Below are positions 12,432 to 26,280 of a stretch of 64,000 bases of DNA, piece after piece. Position 1 is the stretch's first letter; every line of letters starts with the position of its first letter. The translations under genes and the position numbers were made by a program. Source of the DNA: Camelus ferus (lineage: Eukaryota); the NCBI RefSeq assembly GCF_009834535.1, contig NC_045697.1:96164001-96228000 (forward strand), in the 5' to 3' direction. The notes under the pieces were generated by a model. The model did no database searches. It was not told the origin of the DNA and saw only the letters and a list, made by a program, of their open reading frames with translations.

Positions 12432-15400
12432 CTATTAAAAAAAAAAAAAAAAGAAGATGAAGAAGAAAAGGGAAAAGAAAACAGTCTACTCATTAGCTTA
12501 ATTCTCCCCTAAATCATTTGTTCGAAAAATCACTGACTGTTGTTCACTAAGCATGTCCATGTCTCTACTTTTGTTTTTGAATTTCATAGTAAAGATTTAA
12601 GTTGAGCTTCAGTGAGTCCTTTTATTATGAGAATTTCACCAGTTGTTCAATTCTATTTAGTGGATTTGAAACTTACATTTTATAACAGGAAACATAAAAT
12701 AAAATGAAAGTTTTTTTTAATCTTCTAAAATAAATGCCACAGAGAACAAAAGTCATTTAGATCATAAAAAATGAAAATATAAGAATTTTAAAAGATAATT
12801 TATATTTCATTAATCAACTCACTCAGAAAGGTACTGCAAATATAACATATGGATATAAATTATCCTTTCTGTCTCACTAGAAAAAAAGATGCCTGCAGGA
12901 CATTCTCAATTAATTTCCATATTTGATATCCTATAAATGTAAGATGAATAGCTATAAAAATTCAAGATGTGGGGTGAGGTTTCATATGAATATATCAATG
13001 ATGGATTAAACAAATCTAATATGAAAATAAGACAACCCTTCCAGGCTTAGAGTATGCTGAATTGGATTATCCAGGGAACTACTAGATACGCATATAAAAA
13101 ATAAGAATTATATCTCAAAGAACTACATTGGAAGGTATTTTGCTTGAAAAATAATTGTTATATAGAGTGAAAAAGATTATCAATATACATAACTTTTAGG
13201 AATGAGCTTCAAAGAGAAATGACTCTTGTTCAAAAAAAAAACCCAAAACACAACACTCAGGTTTCCTTCACTTTTCAATCATAATCCAAAATGCCTAGGA
13301 TACATATTCTTCTCTCACTAGTTAGTTCTTCATATGTATAATATATATATTTCTATAACTATATGTATATAATACATATGTATACATACATATGTATATA
13401 TCATATATACACCATTTATATTTCTAAATATACAAATAGTTCATAAATATGCTGATTTTCCTGAATTGCATATATAAATGTAGCATGTCCTTAGGTAATT
13501 ATACTGATAGCTGTAAAAGCTGTTTTTAATGGAAAAGTTTAGTTTTAAAGACCAATATAGAAGAAAAATAGCACAGAGAGGTACAGAACAAATATGTGGA
13601 AACAATTTTATTTGTCTCAGTGGAAGAAATTCTTTCCTAAAATTCACATGTTCTTATATGACTCATCATTCAGAAGTTCTCACTACTCTTTATAATAGTC
13701 TCCCTCCAATTCTGTGTACAGTAAACGTTACTGATAAATACTTTCTGAAGCTAGATTGTTATTACTCCCTCTTTCTCCTTCCTGCAGTATTTTCTCAGGT
13801 CTAAGGGACTTAAACATAATGGCAGCATCAGTGGAAGGGATCGCACCTCCCTACCCTCTAAATGTGTCATCTGTTTTTCCTGTCAGGTTTTGGGGTTCTG
13901 TGATGCTTCATCCTCTGCAGAGGCCAACAAGTCCTGCCTTGACCTCTGGTTATAAGGTGCACAGTCGGCTCTCTCCTCATCCCAACTCCAGGTATTTCTT
14001 AAAAGCAGAGTACATTTTTAATTAACTCTTAGATTTTCTATTGTAATTATTGTGTTTTGTTTGCTTATGTTCTCTGTTCCAGTTCTACTTTCTAATACAG
14101 GGGTATCAGTTATCTGTAGGTGGAAACGCTCTTGTCCCTCTTGACTTCTTCCTTCTGCTTCCTTCTTTTCGTGATTTTTCCTAAATTCTGCCTGAAATTC
14201 TAAAACCTGTCCTCTAAATCTTAAACTGAATTTTCTTTATTATTACTACTACTCTGTATCTCTTTTCAATGTATAAACTTCTGCTTCATTGATATTATTT
14301 TTGCATTGATTTCTATGGTGGACTTTGGCAACTTTATATTTCACTTTATTTTTTCTTGTCCCAGTATGAATGGTTGAGTTTTTGCTTCTAAGTAGAATAC
14401 ATAGTGTGATGTATATTAGATATACACATGAGTGTTTTCACAACACATACAACTACACAATAAACATTGAACTGCTTATATATATTTATTATCTCTGCAC
14501 ATAATTTGTAGCTTTTTATGAAGTATAGAAAAACAACAGATTAAGATAAAACCATTTTGATAGAATATGAACTGTCAATGTATTTCTAATTTTATAAGTA
14601 AATATGGCAGAGTTCTGGTCTTCAAATCTAGAGTCCAGAAAACTACAGTTTGTAACAATTGTGGGAGGTCATGCAGAGAAAATAAACTTGAACAGGCTTT
14701 GTTGATTTTTGCTAAGTCTTTGAAAAAATTGAAACAAGAGGGACTTTAACTTTTTATAAGGTATATGAAAAACAACATAACTCCATGCTGGTGTATTTTG
14801 TTACAGCCTGGGGTGATTTTTCTATTTGTATTTTGTTATCTACCTGTATTATTAGAAAGAATGTCCCTCTGGTCTTTAAAAGGCAGTGTCAAATGATGCT
14901 TCCTTCAAGAAAAGTGCTTCTCTTGTTCTCTGGGAGTTCTCTGAATATCTCATTTGATTGGAAAAAAGAATTTGTCCAGGTTGCTTTTATTTGTTCAAAA
15001 AAGATGTATTATAATTTCCGTTTATAAGGCTCTCTAAATAAGTCAGGCTGGCTATAGTCAGTATATGTAAATATACTTGAAAATTTCATTACGAAAAGAA
15101 ACAAGAAAAAGTTTTATAATTATATGTACCAAAAACTTTATATATATATTTTTGGTCAGTAAAGTATTTTAAATGAAATATGTCAATAATTTTATTTTCA
15201 CAGAAGAATTTATATACTTTTAAAAAGTTTATTCTTTATTTAAAATTATTTTCCAGAACTTTGTATGTGTATAGAATTTAACACATTCACATTCATTTAT
15301 CATATGAATTTAAATATTTTAAATTACTGCTAAAATGGTACAATATTTGAAAGACTCCCATTCAAATATTTGCTTATTTTCTCATCACAACAATGAATAG

Positions 15401-16579
15401 TCCATGATTTTTGAAACAAAATCATATTAAGTTTAATCAAAAACATACCTCGATTTTCTGCATAACTGTGTATAAAAATATAAATTTTCTATTAGAGTTA
15501 TTTGCATGATTAATTTTGTAAGAAAAATAACTTAGATATGTGACAGTGTGTAATTATATTGAATTTACTCTCAAATATAGATAGCAAAATTCAATCATTA
15601 ATATTTTTCTCAGTATGAATCTACCTTAATGATTTCTGTAATCAAATCACAAAAAGCATATTACAATAACCAAGGATTGAAGGTAAATGTACGCTAACAA
15701 ATGCATTCTACTGTGTATGTCATTTATTGGTAAACAAAGACTCTTGGTACAAATTAAATTGCCATGCTAGTCCCTTCATCTATAATTGTAATTTTAAGTT
15801 TAATTTTCTTTAACTTTTACCTACTCTTTTAAGTCACTTTATTTAAGAGGACTGTCTAACATTAAGAAATACTCTTAAATAAAGCTTGCCAAATATTTGT
15901 GACCACGTTTCTCCTCCTCCTTTTGAATTTTATTGTACTCCCTGATCCTTTTCCCAATGTGTCATCAAATCTTTGATTTTGTCTATTCTCGTATTTAGTA
16001 AATCTAGTTAATTTTGCTCGTATGAGGCAAAGATGAGTAAAGGAAAGTAATAATTGAAATGGTCATTTAAAATTAGACTGGGATTCCAAATGGTGAGGAA
16101 AAATGCTAATTCATAAATTGTATCTTGGTGCCCAGTAAGATATGAAAACAATACCACATTGATTTACAAATCTTATTCTTTTCTAAGATAGCTTAGCCTC
16201 ATATTAACATGCATAATTTTATTGTAAAACACTTAAGTGTATTTTAGTTCATAAAGAGATTGATTAAAAAATAACCCAACATAAAATCAAACTATGGAAT
16301 GGTGATGAGTATGTAAAAGGAATGTAGCATAATATAGTTTGATTATTAAATTATATGTTCAATATTTTACTTAAATTTAGCTATTAGTTTCAACTGCTAC
16401 TATTACAAATAAAACTTTTAACTTTACATTTTGGGAGTCTGGCTTAATAAATACCCAAAGGGCTGACTAGACAGGAAAACCATTAGTGTCTGTCCAGAAA
16501 TTATGAGAAAGCTTCAGTTCATGAACATAAGTAAACTGCAGCAAATGCCAAAACTTCCCTGGTTGTTTAGAATTTTTTA

Positions 16580-18000
16580 ATAACTTACTTATTATTTAAA
16601 CATAATATCAAAGTTACAGAAAAGTTGTGAATGTAATACACAAAGTATCTAATGTCGTTTACCCAGATTCACAAATTGTTTACATTTTAGTTTATTTGCT
16701 TTTACTATCTTTTATCTATGTATCTATTGTCTATATAACAATCATTAATAATATATATGTAAAGATTATTTCTAAAAATTGAGGGTAAATTGTAGGAAAT
16801 GTGACTCTTTAATGTGACTTTATCCCTAAATACCTCAAAGTGTATATTCTAAGAGGACATTTTTGTAAATAATCATAAAACAATTAAAATCAAGAAATTA
16901 ATATTGACACACTGTTGACCATTGACACTAATCTATAGTCCATCAAATTAGGTGAAATTCAAGTTTAAAGAAAGCAACAAAGTTAACAATTTGTAAGGAG
17001 ACTTTAGATTATGAATATCTACAAATTAAAAAAGCTAATAATTATAATCAAGCTAATACTTATAATCATAAAGCCTTAAAAATAAAAAGCTAAACAAAAG
17101 CATAATAATGGTAGAATATTTTAATTTACTCCTCTCAGATAATGACAAGGTCAAAAGAAAAACAACATCAAAAACAGAAACTATAGAAGGCCTAAAATAA
17201 GAATTTGTGAATTAGAAGTGATTGCTTACGCATGAATTCTGAATCCCCAAATTAAAGGATCACATTCTGTTGAGTGTCCATGAAACATTAACTAAAATTG
17301 GATCAAAAAGAAATTAAAAACACACCATGAAAAGAGTAGAAATTAAACAAGTACTATTCTGTAATAATGATGCAAGAAAGAATAATTGATAAAATCAGAA
17401 AATAAAATGCAGAATGATTCCACAGAAAGATTCATAGTAAATTGAGTTGCTAATTGTGTATAAATATAATTGAAAACTGCAATGAAACTGATAATTTTCT
17501 ATGAAAATGTAACTGCCACAATACATATTGAAAAGGAAATAATAATATACATGTTGATTTTTTTCAAAATAATCAGAGAACTCTGTCATTGAGTTATCCC
17601 CTAAGAAAATACTAGGCAAGCTCAGACACTTTCATAGCTATACCAACAAATTATAAAGAACAGATAATTCCAACACTAAGCTATTCTAGAGCATAGAACA
17701 AAAAGATTAATTTTTAAAATATTATTTTTTGTGACAAATATTGCATAAATAAAATCTACACACCAATCTGAATTATGAATAAACAAAAAAATTAAAATAA
17801 AATGTTAACAAATAGAAAATCCAAAAATGATTAAGAAGAATAACACATCATTTACAGTAGTTCATTCTTGAAAAGTTAACCATAATTAAGTACTAGAACA
17901 TACTCAAATAATTTACCACATTTATACATCTAGGAAAAAAATCCTGTAGTTTTATACGTATATGCTGAAATGTCATTCAACAAAATTTAAATCCCTGTCA
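16580..18000. mobile_element. Ancient L1 fragments (3' end on minus ~16.6-16.9 kb; degenerate ORF2 on plus ~17.0-18.0 kb)
   Basis: Recognisable L1M 3' motif (agttacagaaaagttg...tttacccagattcac) and A-rich ORF2-like remnants. Confidence 0.5.
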
Positions 18001-18129
18001 TAAATTCCAATTTTGAGGGTATAGTTTTCTCCCCCACCTATTACCATATTTTTCATTTTTTGGAAGTCTTACCTGGCATTGCCATTTCATGAGTCACTGC
18101 AACTAGAGCAATATATTTTTCTCTGTTTA

Positions 18130-18574
18130 AAATTAGGTCTTTAATCCATTTTCAGTTGATTTTTTAATATGATATAAGATAGAATCCAAATTCACACTTT
18201 GGCTTGTGGATATCCAGTTTTCCCAGCACCATTTATTGAAGAGACTCTCCTTTCCCTGTTGTGTATTCTTGGCACCTATGTGGAAGATCATTTGACTATA
18301 TACGTGTGGGTTTATTCCTGTGGTCTCTATTCTGTTCCATTGGTCTGTACATCTGTCTTTATACCAGTACCATACTGTTTTAATTGTGGTAGTTTTGTAA
18401 TATTTTTAAATTCGGGAATGTGATGTCTCCAGCTTTGTTCTTCTTTTTCAAAATTGCTTTGGCTATTCTGAGTCTTTTGTGGTTCCACATGAATTTTAGG
18501 ATTTTTTTTACAGTATCTATAAAAAGGCTACTGGGGTTTTGATGGAGTTAGCATTGAATCTGTAGATCACCTTG
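18130..18574 (-). mobile_element. L1 ORF2 fragment
   Basis: ccagcaccatttattgaagagac and ataccagtaccatactgtttt are antisense L1 ORF2 motifs. Confidence 0.85.
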
Positions 18575-18912
18575 TGTCTTAGCATGTTTGGACTGATATA
18601 ACAAAATACCATAGATTGGGTGGCTGATAAACAACAAAAATTTATTTCTCACAGTTCAGGAGGCTAGAAGTTCAATATCAGCCTGCCATATGGTCCAATT
18701 TTTTTTAGGATCCTCATCAGGCTGCTGAGTTCTTGTATTCTCTCATATGGGGGTAAAGGAGCTTTCTTGTGCCACTTTTATAAGGGCATTGATTCCATTT
18801 ATAAGAGATCCACTCTCATGACTGAATCACCTCCCAAAGTCCCCATACCACCACTTTGATGGTTAGGTTCCAAAATAGGAGTTTTCAGGGGACACAAACA
18901 TTTAGACCATAG
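18575..18912 (-). mobile_element. MaLR solo LTR (MLT1A-like)
   Basis: tgtcttag...ataacaaaataccatag...ggggacacaaacatttagaccata. Confidence 0.8.
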
Positions 18913-19719
18913 AACTTGCTAAATAAAAATCTAAGGCTGGCAGAATAAGAGTTTATGTCAAACTACCATGTAAATAGCAGAAGCACATTTTAATATAATT
19001 AATTAATTAATTATTACAGAAATATTTATTGTTTAATGCAAAATATCTGTTGATCTCCCATACATATTTCTCTATTTTGGGGAAAGATATACAATTAATT
19101 TGAATAATACTTTGCTTTCTTTTTTTGAAATGTACTCAAGATTGCACTATCATGATTTATTTAAATAGAGTTTACATTTGCAAGAGCCTCTGAATAGAAT
19201 TGGTTGTCACACAGACACAATGACATATCGAATGTTTGAAATACTTAAAGCCAATGTTAACATTCATTTCCTTTCTTCCTTCCATTAAATTATTTTTTTA
19301 CCCCAAGCAACACGATTGTTTAGAGGCACTTTATTAGAGAACTTGATCCTTTCTTGTGTGGATGCAATGGCTTCCAGATTGAGTCATGTTAAATGTAGTC
19401 CAAAGGTAATATTTTTTCCCATTGATAAAATTCAAACAAATCATAATGAAGCTTTAGTGTTTGTTGTCTGGATATCGTCTCTAATTCTTTTCTTCAAAAT
19501 AATTAGGATTGTTATTTCCAGCAGAATTTTGATATCAAAACTGTGTTCTAAAAGTAAGCCTGCAAAGTTTAATATCTCTCCTTATTAATTCACAATACAT
19601 TTGGACAGTAACACATACTTTAGTTCTTGTTTTTCTTTTCTATGTATATTTATGATGACAAGTTAAAATTATAATGGAGTATTCATAGTTCAGGCATACA
19701 AAAAAGAAGTTGGGCAGGA

Positions 19720-20120
19720 ATTAAGGATCTGGTCTCAGATGCGTCTCTGCCTCACTGAGAACTTAAGCTGTTTTTCAACTGTAGGTTATCATCAGCTGTA
19801 TTCAGAACACCTGCCAGCTGCAGCCTTTTGGTCTCAAGTTCTCCTTTTTCTAACTATGCAACCATTTAAGACCCCAACCAATCCTTTCTTAACAAGCACC
19901 CTTACTTCTTGCCAGCTCCAATTATAATTCTGATAGCTCATGTAACTAACTGGTATCTTGTGATTTTTGCCTTTAGAAGCCTCCCCAATTTTGTAGTCCA
20001 ACAGAACATAATTCAAGTGCTTCTTGAATTTGTGTCTCCCGGGCTGCAGTTCTAACAAACCCCAAATAAACACCTGTTATTTCAATCAGGTCTCCCTTTC
20101 TAAAATTTTGGTTAACATTT
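19720..20120 (+). mobile_element. ERV LTR fragment
   Basis: LTR-like composition with tgtgtctcccgggctgcagt...ccccaaataaa. Boundaries approximate. Confidence 0.45.
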
Positions 20121-20287
20121 ATATTGTTTCTCCACCTAAATTTTAAGCTTCTGGAAGACAAAAATCCTACTTATACTATTCTAGATTCCCTGATACACGG
20201 GATGGACATTCATTAAATTCAATATGAATTTAAAAATTTTCAAATAGCATTTCATTAAAATTAGATGTAAAAAGGAAATTACATTAC

Positions 20288-20335
20288 CTTATGATGTTCT
20301 GATGGTAGGATGTTCTGATCTTAGCTTCAAAACTT
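20288..20335 (-). pseudogene. Short exon-like segment after the TM exon (48 nt)
   Basis: Acceptor actttttag, donor AAG|gtaatg. Open only in phase 2 (SFEAKIRTSYHQNII); KF-stop in phase 0. Confidence 0.4.
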
Positions 20336-20859
20336 CTAAAAAGTTTTTTACATTAAAATATTATTAAGAATACATTTATCAAATTGCTTTATTAAATTAA
20401 AAGTGAGAATGAAGCAACTTCTCAAATTCCTTAAAAATCAGTTATCAAAAACTATTTTTATGTATAATATCAGATACTTTGTAGCTTACTAGTACTTAGA
20501 CTCAAGGAAAGCCTATTGAAATCTGTAATGTCTCAATTTTCTTATCTGTGATTCTTCCTATCTCATGAGTGTGCATATATCAGTAGTGTATACTTGCTCA
20601 GAGTTGGGAATTTACTGAGCCTGTGACAGATACCCAGAAACTGAAGAAGGGAAAGAGAACTTGGCAGTTAACTCACTTGTATCTTCAACCAAATGATCTG
20701 TGTGTAGTCATTAAAGTATCCTTTATGGCTTCACTGCTATATTTTTTTCACCCAAGAAAGTTAATCCCAGAATAACTTCTGTGTACTTTGTACCTATACA
20801 ATGAACTCAGTAATTTTGTTACTTGAACATAATGCATAAGTATAAAACATGCTTACTTT

Positions 20860-21399
20860 TAAAAATTTTGTGTATATATTTTTATTGAAATATTGTCAGT
20901 TTACAATGTTGTGTCAATTTCTGGTGTACAGCATAATGCTTCAGTCATACATGAATGTACATATATTCATTTTCATATTCTTTTTCACCATAAGTTACTA
21001 CAAGATATTGAATATAGTCTCCTGTACTATACAGTATAAACTTGTTTATCATTTTATATAAATTAGTATCTGCAAATCTTGAACTCCCAGTTTATCCCTT
21101 CCCACATCTTTCCCCCACTGGTAACCATAAGTTTGTTTTGTATGTCTCTGAGTCTGTTTCTGTTTTGTAAATAAGTTCATTTGCCTTTTTTTTGTAGATT
21201 CCACATATAAGTGATATCATGTGGTATTTTTATTTCTCTTTCTGGCTCACTTCACTTAGAATGACAAATCTCCAGTCATATCCATGTTGCTGCAAATAGC
21301 ATTATCTCATTATTTTTTTTAATGGCTGAGTAGTGTTCCATTGTATAAAATAGCCAAGATTAGAAACAACCTAAATGTCCATTGACCGATGACTGGATA
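20860..21399 (-). mobile_element. Short L1 3' end with 5' inversion
   Basis: Antisense L1 3' UTR to ~21345, then a sense L1 piece aatagccaag...ctaaatgtcca...ctggataa. Degenerate TSD at 20845-20859 and 21400-21414. Confidence 0.8.
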
Positions 21400-21654
21400 A
21401 AATTTGTTTACTTTCTGTTGATAATGATTATACTGTTTAGGTTAAATAGCATAACATCAAACATGTTAATAACCATTTATCTAAAATAATTAAATTAAAT
21501 AATTAAAATATTAATTAAATGATTAAATATTTATTTTAAAATAATTACCATTTATTTAAAAATCAAATAATTCTTCAAAATTTTATATTTTAAGATTTTT
21601 TTAAATTTAGAGTAACGTTCTATCCCCAGCTTAAAAATTGGGGATAAAACTTAC

Positions 21655-21781
21655 GTTAAAAAAATACTGCTTCCTCAAAAAAAGAAACAAAAAAACCAGC
21701 ACCATAATCACTCCTATGTATGTAGTCAGTAAACAGATACTTCCCCCCAGACTTTCGTAAAGTTTCTTAAGATGGCTCACC
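21655..21781 (-). pseudogene. Transmembrane exon VSHLKKLYESLGGSICLLTTYIGVIMVLVFLFLFLRKQYFFN
   Basis: Acceptor gatttccacag, donor AAC|gtaagt; 127 nt open (phase 2->0); ~21 hydrophobic residues followed by RK stop-transfer. Confidence 0.65.
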
Positions 21782-22755
21782 CTGTGGAAATCTTTGTTTA
21801 TTACCTCTTTTGAGTAAGTTAAGAGGCAAGTTTCCTGGTTTAAAACAGATGCAAGCTTAACTAACTGAGAAACCATATTTCTAACTTTGAAAGGGATATC
21901 TCAGTGTTTACACCAAAAAAAAAAAAAAAAAAGAAATTTTGAGCATAAATGAGAACAAGTATACTAATACCTCAGTCAGAAACATTTTTAAAAACTACAA
22001 CAGAACACCAGTGAGTAACATTCCAGCATTCCAAACATTCTGCTTGTTTTTGGAGTGTACATTGAATTTCTACAATTTTGATGTAAAAATATTAGAGACA
22101 CTTCATGCTCTAATGAAGCAAGCTAGTCAGGACTGTCCTAGAATGATGTAAGTAGTTAGCTATTATCTTTAAAAGTAAAGATCACAAGATATTTCATATC
22201 ACTATCAAATTAAATATTGAGATACTTGGAATAAAAAAGTTTAAAACAAACAACAAGTTTATATATATATATTTTTTTCACAATCTCCTGTATCTTTCTA
22301 AAAACTTACATTTTGCCTTATCATTCTTGGATCCTCAATTAATCAGTGTCAATATATGGGCTCATTAAATGTTTTATGGAAATAAGAGGAGAATACTATG
22401 TTCCATGTAATAACTATTGCCATTTTTTTATGGCCAGTATGCTGCCCTTATTCTACCATGGTTTACCAAAGTGCTTCTAAAATCCTGGAAATAATACCTG
22501 TTTTAATTTTTTGAAGAATTCAACAATAACAACCAGAGTAAAATTATGATTATACTAAAGAAGTTAATAACCAAATAACCTAGGAACTTGGTTCCATCAT
22601 TTTCTGTTAAACAGATTATCTCTAAACCTTGAGCATATCAGTATTACTTAGTGAATGAAGCATATGCTTAATATACATGTATTATATATGCAGTGCTCAC
22701 TAATTTTATTAAATAGGGACTCTAGAAAATAGTATTCACAAAAAGACAGTTTTAC

Positions 22756-23014
22756 TTGGGGTCTTTTACACCAAAAACAACTTAATCATTGAATAGCACC
22801 TGGATTATTTTTCTGTTACTGATCTAGAGAACAATTAATGATATAACTTTAAATATCTCACCTGGAAATATTATCTTGCAATAATAGCTATACATTTTAT
22901 CTTGTGGAACTGGGAAATATATATATAACTTCAAATGTACTATTAAAACAATTTAAAAGTTATTTTTAGCCATCAGGAATTTGTCCAAGAATAATGAAAG
23001 TAACTGACAAAATT
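22756..23014 (-). pseudogene. Decayed exon with Ig F/G-strand-like motif (PQDKMYSYYCKIIFPGEIFKVISLIVL)
   Basis: Acceptor ttgctttctctag; donors at 22862 (CAG|gtgaga) or 22756 (CAA|gtaaaa); stops and a net frameshift. Confidence 0.4.
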
Positions 23015-23569
23015 CTAGAGAAAGCAAGAACATGCAAATGAATTAACAAAAACTTTTTAAGCCAGATTGACATGAACATGCTAATGACTATGTTCTGACT
23101 ACTAGAGATTTCATTATAATTCACATCCCCAATTTGGATGCTTGCAAGCAAAGAGAGACATAACACTTTGGTTTAATAGTACAAGCTCTGTAAGCCATCT
23201 TTCCAGGTTTATACCCCACATCTTTCACATATTAATTGTGTACATATGTAAAAGTTACCTAAGTTTTCTGTGCCTTGATAAAATAGACCAATAAAATTGA
23301 TCCCAATGCATTCAACAATTTAAGATTCAGTTAAAAACAAATCAAGTACGTTTTACTTCAGTGATATTTTTTCCCTAGTTTTTTGCTAATTATAGAGGAT
23401 AATATATTCTTATTGATTAATGTAGATAGATTGGGGATAATAAAAGGAAAGAAAATTAATCTTTCTTTTAGAAAATATGAGATATACTTTAAATAATATT
23501 TTGCAGTCACCTTTTCAAAAGCCCTGTAAGATTGGTATTAATAATGTTTGTAACATTAAAATAATATAT

Positions 23570-23790
23570 CTCAGCTACTGTTTACTGAGTTCTTACTGTG
23601 TTTGACTTTACAAAGTATTTATGTGTACTATAAGTCCTTAGAACAAAACTATTTATGTATTATTACTCACATTTTTAAAGGTAAGAAAACCATGAATCAG
23701 AGCATTTGTGTTATTTGTTGAAGCTAATTCAGCTCGTCAGGCATGAATCAAAGATTTTAAGCCCTTTCTGTTTGGATCCAAAACACCCTA
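23570..23790 (-). mobile_element. MIR
   Basis: tttactgagttcttactgtgt...attattactcacattttt...agaaaac MIR antisense core. Confidence 0.55.
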
Positions 23791-24022
23791 CCTTAAACAT
23801 CATGTGCCTTTGAAGAAATTTGGGTTAATTATCTTGTTCGAAAGAGAGCAGCTTGATAGTTACAGAATTAGAGCTAATATTCTTGGCTCCACAAATGGTG
23901 ATTAAGTATAATTTAATAGAAAAATAAAAACAACCAATCCTTATATATTGCCACAAACCAAAACTAGATAATAAAATAATAAAAGTCAACATATGAATAT
24001 TATTTAAATATGAGAAAATTAC

Positions 24023-24108
24023 CTTTGATTCATCTCTTCCAGTTTATTTCCACAGTTACTAAAACAAATCACCAATGTTCCAAGACATATTTTGAATCCA
24101 AAACCCAT
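24023..24108 (-). pseudogene. Exon-like segment: MGFGFKICLGTLVICFSNCGNKLEEMNQ from its own ATG, or DGFWIQNMSWNIGDLF[frameshift]SNC as an internal exon
   Basis: aagATGg context / ttcaaag acceptor; donor AAG|gtaatt; phase 2 out. Confidence 0.5.
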
Positions 24109-26280
24109 CTTTGAATATAAAGATTTTGTCACAAATATAAGATAAAATAATATATTAAAAAAGCAATAATTCCCATTTAAAATCAAACTAACAACACTTA
24201 ACTGTGCCTATGAAGCTTTAAGTCTTATAGGCAAGTTCTGTTGAAGCAAAGGGTATTTTGTTCCCACAAAAGAAATCTAAGGAAGGAAGAAAGAAGACAG
24301 AGAAGGTCTGTCACTTCAGTCATTGTCTTATTTTATGGAAGAATAAGATATTGTTTCAATTAACCTCTAGTCTTCTGGGATTGTTAAATAATATGTTCGC
24401 TAACTCTAACCTTTACCCCACTGCCTTTGCGTTCTCTTATTTACTTAAGACATTTGAAATAATTTCTTGCTTCCTCACAATCTCTTATTTTCATTTAAAA
24501 TATTTTCAAAATTACATTTCACTAACTTTTCCGTGTTTTTAGCAGAATAGATTTTAGGTAACTTATCTATCATCCCTGGATTTAGGAAAAATAACCTCTT
24601 GCATGTGTTTCTCCAGAGGATTTAGGATAGGGAATCTCTTCTTACACATGCTTCTCTGAAGTTTTAGGTGCACTGATGGTAATTCCTTGTTTTTTGTAGC
24701 TAATAGAGATTATCCTCTCCCATTCTGTAGTTATGACTGTGGTTACAGAATAAGTTGCTTTTCACCATAATAATGCAGTTGGCAAGGAAATCCAGTCTTT
24801 TCCTAAATCCCTGTGCTTGAAAGGAGGTGAGCTAATGCTCTTATCTTCCACATGTGTGGGCAAAGTATTTAGTTGAGAAGGGTACACTGTGTGGTCTTTT
24901 GAGATATTTCTTAACTTGTTGTCAAGCATTATTAGCTTTGAGGTGCTTGATATGGGACATGTTGTGAGGCTTTCCAAAGGGAAGAGTTAGTAAATCATTC
25001 CATATTTGGATAGCCTAAGTAAGCCATCAATTCTGAGTTCTCAGGCTCCAGTTATTCCAACTCTAAATCTACATGTTCAATACCAAGGAGCTTAAAGACT
25101 AATTTTTTTAAGGTCTTTCTCTGTCTCTCTGTTTGTCTCTCTCTCTCTTTAACCCTTAAAATAGCTGTAATAGATAAAAGACTTCTCAGAAAATTTTACT
25201 GAATTTATCTCATTATTAAAATAAATTGTCTAACTTTCCCATTATCCTACTTTCTTTTTTTCCTGCAAATACTTAGGCATACATTTCTATCTGCTAAACA
25301 GCCTGTACTATAAGAGAAAAGTGATCAGACAATTCATGTGCAATTATGCTAAGGAACTTTGGACAATCTTGTGAAAGAAGTCCAGGAAGACTTTTGGCCA
25401 CATGCCATGTTACATGCTTCCTTAATCTATTAATGTATGGCCTTGCTAAACTGTCAGTAACAGAAGAGGATAAAATAAAGCTAACATTGTTCCATTCTCA
25501 TGGGATCACTTATATAAGTTATAACAGGGAAAGTGAATAAACCGTGAAATCTGTGGTCTTAAATCTCACATTGTGTCATCAGAAATTCTTCAGGCTGTCT
25601 ATGTTGTAATATCTAATAAAAATAAGAAAGGGAGAGTCTTCTGTTTCCAGTATTATGAATTGGGAGACTTGGAATGACCCATCCTTTGTTAATTAAAAGC
25701 TTTAAATGAAATGTATTTTTAAATGATAAGCTAGCAAAATATTAAGTAATTTTCAGACAAAATAAATAAAATAAGCAAAACAGTGAAGTCAAGAACTAAG
25801 ACAGATAAGCAGCTGACTTGGCTTTGAAGGCACTTGCAAAATTAGTGAAATTGAAATTTGGTGTTTAAGTCTCAAAAGATACGAAGAAAAGGAGAAAGAA
25901 CTCTGGGCCTAAGTGGAAAATCTAACAGGAGAACTACCTTCAGTAATCTGTGATTCCAAACAACCTTTTTGTCAATGTATGACAAAACAGAATTGCCCTC
26001 TGCCTAAAAGGATGGCAAGAAAAATTAATTAGTATAAACTTAGGTGCTGAGTGGTGAATATGGTATTTTGCTGAGACTTGGGGACAACAAATATACTGAA
26101 ATCACAAAATTAAGGTAGTCTGACAAACTTCAAGCTGATAGTTTAATTTAGCAAATTAAAATGCAAAACCATGTTGAAGCAAAGCCTTTTTGGATTTTAA
26201 GCAAATTCAAAACTTCTTTGAAGGATGAATCTCAGAAACATATCTATAAACCAGCAAATACTAAGTTAACAGATGTAGCC

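Noticed and set aside
15870..16050. Minus-strand THWEKDQ, like an Ig C-strand
   Set aside because: No convincing splice boundaries.
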